From the NCBI GenBank assembly GCA_964016885.1, contig OZ024743.1:13144001-13208000 (forward strand): DNA of 64,000 nucleotides, written 5' to 3'. Position 1 is the first letter of the stretch. Each line of letters opens with the position of its first letter. This document shows, piece by piece, positions 56,804 through 64,000 of the stretch. The notes below the pieces were generated by a model, which searched no databases, was not told the DNA's origin, and saw nothing but the letters and a program-made list of their open reading frames with translations. This stretch comes from Eledone cirrhosa (Eukaryota). Position numbers and translations under genes: made by a program.

Positions 56804-57549
56804 AAGTATGTAACATATATATATATATATATTTAGTATTTGTTTGTGCATTTTCGGAAACATCAAAGTTGACTTACAAAGGACGCATGACTGCATCAGA
56901 CTAATATTGGGGTTTGGGTCGGTCAGAATCAATCAGTGTATGAGTTGAGTTTGTAGATGTAGCGTAAAACATTACTTACCTAAATTATTTCCTTGTTCTG
57001 CAGTGTAGACCATGTATTCTGATTGTATTGGAATAGTATATCTCATAGATATTGGGAAACACATTGTTACTGTCGTATTTTATTATTTTATACAGTAATT
57101 TAATACGAGACTACAATAATGTCCAACAATTTTAATGTTGTTTTTAAAGCAGATATTGAGGTATTTATTTTTCATATATTTTACATTTTATTTTAGCAAA
57201 ACACAATTTATATTGAGTGTTACCGACTCAATCATCGATGTTTCTGCATTTTAATACTGCTATTTACATCTTATATTGATATTGGGTGGAGGAGAAACAT
57301 TGTCGTTTCAAATGAGGCTAGAATTCACAGTAGCAAGACAATTTAAACGTAAAATAGTATTTAGTTTAGCCCGAGGTCAACCCTAGATGACCTGATTTAT
57401 TTACTAAGGCGTCAATTCGCGATTATTTCGTCTTTTATTTATATAGGATTACATAGGAAAGGTGCTAGTCAAAATACTCTCCCAACTACGTATATGTGCA
57501 TAAATAGACATATTTTCAATTTGCATGTCACTAACTGACATATCTTTTC

Positions 57550-57900
57550 ACAAACACCCCTAACTCATTTCAGAATAAAATAAGTAGAAACATAAAAAAG
57601 AATCTTCAGATCCTCTGATAAAACCTTCGTTCTATCTGATAAAACTAGCAATCCTTATGAACTACAACCAACTTCTGAACAAGACCATACAATCTAAATA
57701 TAAGAAAGCTGATCCTGCTACTTACCGTCTCATCAATGGTGAGGCGTAGCATCTAGCCAAAAATGTTTGGCTAGGAGATCACAAGGACGACGTCATTAAT
57801 AAATAAACTTGCAAATATTCAATCAACAAACACTGAAAATAAACTACTCTTGTATCAGATCCTGTATATGGTGAAAGCAGGAACTTTTGCTTCAACTTTA
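57550..57900 (+). mobile_element. Old Penelope-like RT N-terminal remnant
   Basis: SDKTSN.Y...YNQLLNKTIQSKYKKADPATYRLINGEA*HLAK aligns by eye with PLE-B SDKTKKLY...YKKFIYKELHKDYTKTPSSTLNDINRVGK. Confidence 0.55.
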
Positions 57901-57913
57901 ATCTGAAGTGATA

Positions 57914-58010
<97 letters not shown>

Positions 58011-58221
58011 TATATATATATATATAAAGAATTAGTATACGTTTTTGTATAAGTTCCCTGTGTCCACGCATCGCCTTGGAACTTAGCTGAGAACAGACTT
58101 CCTGGTGACGAAAGGCTTTCTCCATGTGTTCCATTCGGAAACCATGTTTATTCCCTTTCAGAAACTAATTAGTTGGAGTGAAATTTTAGTAAGTTAATTT
58201 TTACAATTTTCTTCTTTTACG

Positions 58222-58334
<113 letters not shown>

Positions 58335-58369
58335 TGTGTGTGTGTGTGTGTATAAGGAGTGTATATAAG

Positions 58370-58770
58370 TATCTACAACGTGTTGGTCGTCTCCGTTCTT
58401 CTCTATGGAGCAGACTGACCCTGAAAAATGGATCGAGGGCTTCGATAACAGAGCCCTGAGGACCAACGACAACATCAGATGGTACCACTTGCGTTTCGAA
58501 CAAAGAATTGTGTGCGCGCAACGTATCCTCCGCTTCCTGACAGATCATCCTACCATAGTTTTACTCTCGTTTGATGCTGCTGCTAGAGGCTGGAAAAGGC
58601 CCCACGAAAGGCCCTTCACCAGATAGCTGGATGTCATTAAGAAAGATTCTAAGGGCTCGACGTCACCTTGCAATATACAGAGGGGCTGGCATGGCACTGC
58701 CAGTGACATGTGGACCTGGTTGGCTCTACACACGATGATTCATCTGGGATCGCTGATCTAGGAAGACATC
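58370..58770 (+). mobile_element. RTE-type LINE 3' fragment
   Basis: IEGFDNRALR..NIRW...GWKRPHERPFTR*LDVIKKD matches the RTE C-terminal pattern (FDxRCLR...WKRPRGRPxxRWxD). Confidence 0.7.
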
Positions 58771-59679
58771 GAGCAAGACCAAAGTGGAAAGAAATATATA
58801 TGTATATATGTATATTGACTTCTGTTTTGTAGTTATTACTTCGTCTTCTAAATATTGAGACACAACCCTCTCAGCTGCTTTTAACAGTTCAATGTGAATA
58901 TCATCTGAAACTTGCGATTACGTTTGCTACTTCAGAAATTTACCTACTAAGCCTTAATACTCTAACGATGTATGTGAGATTTTTCTATCTGCATGTGCAG
59001 TGCTATTTCTGTTCGAGTGAGCGTCAGGCCTCATTTACTTCTATATTTGATAATAGAATGTTATTGTTGTTAGATTGGCACTTTTATGGTAATTTATATT
59101 GTAATTGCTCTTACTATTGTAGTTTTATTTATGCTAACTTATTGTTATTCTGACATGATCTAATCCTTGATTATTTAATACACCATTGTAAGTAGCCACG
59201 GACTATTGTTCTAGTTTATGTATATGTATGGGTGTTGATTAAATCTGTTACTCACATTATGTAAGCTGTCTATTGTGTGAATGAATAATTAAATATTGTC
59301 AAGTTTGTTTGTTGCTGCTATTTACTAAAATCTGCGTAATTTAAGAAATGGTGTCGTTTCTTGACAGTAGGCATTATGTATATAAGTACAATGTCTAGAT
59401 ATCAACCCGTAAAACCGGTTGAGAGAAAGTCTGTTAATAAATTGAAATGTGTTGCTAGGCGTCACTAAAGTTCATGTGATTAGATGATAGAACATTAAAA
59501 AGGAAATAGCAAATAATTAAGTATACAGACAAAACAAACGAATAAACAAGTGATTCATTAAAGCCTGACACAGTCTTAAGATTGTGACATAGATACAAGT
59601 GTCATATTTATTAGGTAAACATATATTTCACTTTAGTATAGTTAATGTATAAAACACACTTATTCTTAATTGAAGTGCG

Positions 59680-59717
<38 letters not shown>

Positions 59718-59767
59718 CGTGCGTGTGTGTATTCTATACATGAACAGGCACATACAAACGTGCAACC

Positions 59768-59906
<139 letters not shown>

Positions 59907-60366
59907 TAGTAAAAGGATAAGATAATGCTGACAAATTTTTTCCAGTGAAAAATAGTTTAATAAGCAATAAGTATAAATTAGTAATAAGTATTGGTTAGTA
60001 TTCAGTTTTAGTTTTAAGCTTTTACCGGTTGCGCATTTCTAATGCTTTTCAAAAATAATTTTGAGATAGAGCGCCCGTGATGTTTGCTCGAATCTGATCA
60101 GTTTTGGAAATTCTTCCTGTTTTATGTGAAAAAAGTGGCTCCAGAGGTATTAAGATTTCTATCTCGCGTCCTACGGACGTGTTTTGAAACTCTTAATGAG
60201 GTATCCTCTTGATAAGTCGACAGACCTCACAACATTTTTATATATCTCTATGATGTAGTGTTTTTGCATAATATGCCACGAAACTACGTAGTCGAGTAGT
60301 AATAAAAGAATTTGGGTATGGTATATCTTATTAATTATATCTAATGTTTCTTCTCTCTTTATAATG

Positions 60367-60455
<89 letters not shown>

Positions 60456-62437
60456 CTTGTATGATTTCAACAAGGAAAAACAATACAATATATGGCTGAA
60501 ATATATTTGTCTAACGTTTGATATAGTAGGAAAAACCTTAATATTTCGGATGTTAAATCGTCATCCAGAATATGAAAAAACTAAACAAAAAAACAGTAAA
60601 AATCTTTTTCAGGAGAAATAGACGTGCGTAGTTATTCAGCCATTTTAGAATATTAGATTACAAAATGAGACTAATGTATTACAGAGTTACAAGAGGTGGA
60701 GACAAGTATTAAAGAGATAAAATAAGTGGGTATATGTGTGTTTCTGTATTTGTATAAACCTAGAGATGAACCTACTATTTTCACTATTAATAGCAATCAT
60801 ATTGGCAGTTTATTCAGATATAGATTAAGTTGTGCGATGAATTTACTCATATTTTTTAAACATGCCATATATACGTATTTCCCTGTAAATACAACATATA
60901 CCATTTTATTGAGATGTATATTTCAGACAATTTTAATTATGTATATACTGCTCATAAAAAATAGTATTAACTACTATTTCTAGTGGCTTTTTAGGCCACT
61001 AGAAATATGTTTTTATATCTGAAGCTGTATAGACACCTAGATCACCATCAACTATATAAAGAATATTATGAATGTAAGGAAACTCTTTGGAGAGGTGTCT
61101 AGAAATTCGGTAGCTCACACATATCCCAGAAAAGAAATTAGGAGGAATAGACAAAGATCAGATGTAACTCTTTCTTGGTTGAATGTCCATGGAATATTAT
61201 TTCATTTCATGGAAAATAATTTTCATTTATCCAGCACCAAAGATATGACGACATGTAATATTTCCAGATCAGGTTTTTCCTATGCGTAACTGAAGCACAA
61301 ATTTCTCGCCCAAAGAAAATTGTTTTTAATAGAAAATTGAAACCTTGCTGCTATGGTGCTATGCTGTTTGCAAAACTTGCAACGATACGTCGAAAATATC
61401 ATGAGTTTAAACAGAAGCATACACACATAAAGGAAAGAAATACTAGCAAAGCTGCAGAAAACCATTACAAAGATAATGACATTGCTGCCTTCTAGTGATA
61501 AGAAAACAAATATCCGTCACTGAAATGTGAAGTAATATATAATCACTTGAGTAAATTTACTATAATACAGAATTTAATGGAAACCTGTGAAAATGAACGA
61601 CAATATTTCGAAGAGATAACCTGGTGAAGCTTAATAAGCTGAAAGCTTCGTAATCGGATTAAAGGGAGGTAAAATGATTATATATAAAAAAACTAAATAA
61701 TAACAAAAGCCAAAAGGAAAATGGCAGACAATATAGCAAATTCACTTCAGCTTAGTGAATATAACATGTCAAATGAAAACGTAACATATATGAAAATATT
61801 TAAACAATTTGCTAATTTATTGAATGAACAAAGATAAAAAGAATGTTAGAAAGAAGGAGGATTTTTAAAAATTATTTCTCATGCAATGTTTTAAGGCTTC
61901 ACGAATAAAGCATATGGAGAGTACAGTAAAAGAAAAAAAAAATGTATGTATGTATACAAACAAATAATAATTGGAATGCCAATTTTATGAAAACCAATAT
62001 CCGATATCACTTAAATAAACAAGATAATTTTCATATGACCAATATATTTATTCCTCATACATTTGTAGTGCATTTCTGCAATATTAGGGCACCAACTTCA
62101 AGAGTTGGATGATTATATCAAAAGTTGCAATTTTATCTGATACTTATGTTATGAGAGTAACTGCTCATGTTGACATAAAATGAGGGAAGACAGATTAGAT
62201 TTAAAGTTAAAAAGCAGTTTTGATCGACGGAAGAATGTAACATCCATCTCTCGCTAACATACACAAACAATCACAGGTACAAACACTCAGACGGACACAC
62301 ACATGCATTTCAATGAATTAAATTAACTTGGCATTATATAATAAGATATGAAAAATAAATATTGAGTATCCGTACTTATTCATATATATATATATATATA
62401 TATATAGTGTTCCGATTCATAACTGATTCCTCGTTAT

Positions 62438-62520
<83 letters not shown>

Positions 62521-62713
62521 TCTGGGGTGCTAAGACCACTAATCATGGGAGTACTCAATACATGGGGGGATGCAGAGTGCGTAGAGAGATAAGGCTTGGA
62601 TGATTATGTCTAAACTTGCGAAACGATGCTAACGGCGTAATAAATGGGTAATGTTTCACGAAGAGCCTTGATTCTTCAATAATTTATACATATTTTCTCA
62701 AAGAACCGAGCAA

Positions 62714-62766
<53 letters not shown>

Positions 62767-62837
62767 TATAAAAAAACACCAACAACGCTTATATAATGGA
62801 AAATATGTGAAATCCTTGGTACAGATAGGTATCTTTA

Positions 62838-62980
62838 AAAAAGGAAAAAAATGACTTGACTTATAGCTCTAAACAATTTGATTTAATTTTATAATATTAT
62901 GATTTGGTAGATCTACCAAATCATATAAAATTAAATCAAATTGTTCAGAACTACAAGTGAAGTCATTCTTTTCCTTTAAA
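62838..62980. repeat. Fold-back palindrome centred on GGTAGA|TCTACC
   Basis: AATGACTT.ACTT.TAG.TCT.AACAATTTGATTTAATTTTATA mirrored by TATAAAATTAAATCAAATTGTT.AGA.CTA.AAGT.AAGTCATT. Confidence 0.8.
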
Positions 62981-63003
62981 AAAAATATATATATATATAT
63001 ATA

Positions 63004-63225
63004 TAACGAAGGAAGTGTGGTAAGGAACCAGGTGGACCATAACCCACCAGAGTACTCAATACTTAGGGTAGTAGAGTGGGCAATAGGAAAATGATCAAGA
63101 CCCCGACGGCAGAACTCAAGCCGTTTCGACGACTATTTCTGTCCTGTCCAGTCCAGAAATTTCTTCCAGTCCAGAAATAGCGGTCGAAACGGCTGGAGCT
63201 CTGCCGTCGGGGTCTTGAACATTTT

Positions 63226-63230
<5 letters not shown>
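63004..63230. mobile_element. Fold-back of two 3' half-hammerhead ends of the 45241-45997 family
   Basis: 63004-63142 is the reverse complement of ~45860-45997; 63083-63141 pairs with 63172-63230; flanked by (TA)n. Confidence 0.75.
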
Positions 63231-63306
<76 letters not shown>

Positions 63307-64000
63307 TATATATATATGGACTAGACAATATCCTTACATCTCTTTGACAGAAATTTAACCATGAGAGAATTCATAAATGAAAAGAAACGTTAAATTATTT
63401 GCGTAAATAACCATATGTATGGAAATATGTTGAACTACTATTGTTAGCTCTGAAATTGTCCTGTAAAATATGTTGAAATGTTTTTGTTGAACGTCAGTAA
63501 AATAGCTTAAGTGTTTATGTGTGATTGTACTGTGTGATTATAGATCTTTGAGAACGAATATTTGTTAATCAAATAAGGGTCCGTTTGGGATATAGACGAG
63601 TAGTTATAAAATCACGAATGTTTGTTTACAAGGTAGTATCACCAATCCAGAAATGTAAGTATATATATATATAAATGTAATGGAATTTATCAATGTACCA
63701 TCAATGTTCCATACGTGAAAATGTAATGGAAACATTACCGGGGACTGTGGAAGTAGTCTCTGTGGTGGTTTCAAGCATTTTAGGTGTGTTATTTGCAGAC
63801 AGGATGATGTGTATTACGGTTTACTTGATACGAATAGGGATTGTGTGTTCTTTAGTCTGTTAAAATGGATTTCTAAATTGTCATTTATACATTGAAATAT
63901 ATTCTCAAATTGAAGTTAATTCTTTTGGCTAGAAATAAAAGAGGTGTAAAAGATAACATCATTTATATAGGAATTTTATTTATCAGACATAACAAGCAGG

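Noticed and set aside
61615-61660. CTGGTGA-AGCTTAATAAGCT-GAAA hammerhead-like string (similar weak cases at ~39688, ~48445, ~62655)
   Set aside because: Core substitutions plus unpaired stems I/III; cannot be distinguished from decayed or chance matches

Overview
This is a eukaryotic, AT-rich, microsatellite-saturated window. The (TA)n/(CA)n/(GA)n load and the tRNA-SINE family suggest an octopod cephalopod (inference). No intact host gene could be recognised. Positions 0.4-9.2 kb hold two near-full-length APE-RT LINEs (CR1/L2-group-like), each inserted in (TA)n. In both, ORF2 lacks an upstream AUG and can be entered from ORF1 by a -1 shift at an in-phase U-UUU-UUA heptamer. Positions 13.9-41.5 kb are a nested pile of at least five Penelope-like (RT + C-terminal GIY-YIG) families, with all coding remnants on the minus strand, inverted 3' ends and 5' fold-back hairpins. 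About 15 type-I minimal hammerhead ribozyme (HHR) motifs were found by eye. Five of them, in different sequence contexts, carry the compensatory U3-A8 core pair instead of C3-G8. At 43.7-44.8 kb a non-coding ~500-bp tandem repeat carries a canonical HHR in each full unit, a retrozyme/circular-RNA candidate. The rest of the window contains SINEs, CRE-like, RTE and PLE remnants, and palindromes. Most short ORFs in the supplied track are microsatellite artefacts. All coordinates and folds were read manually; no searches were run.
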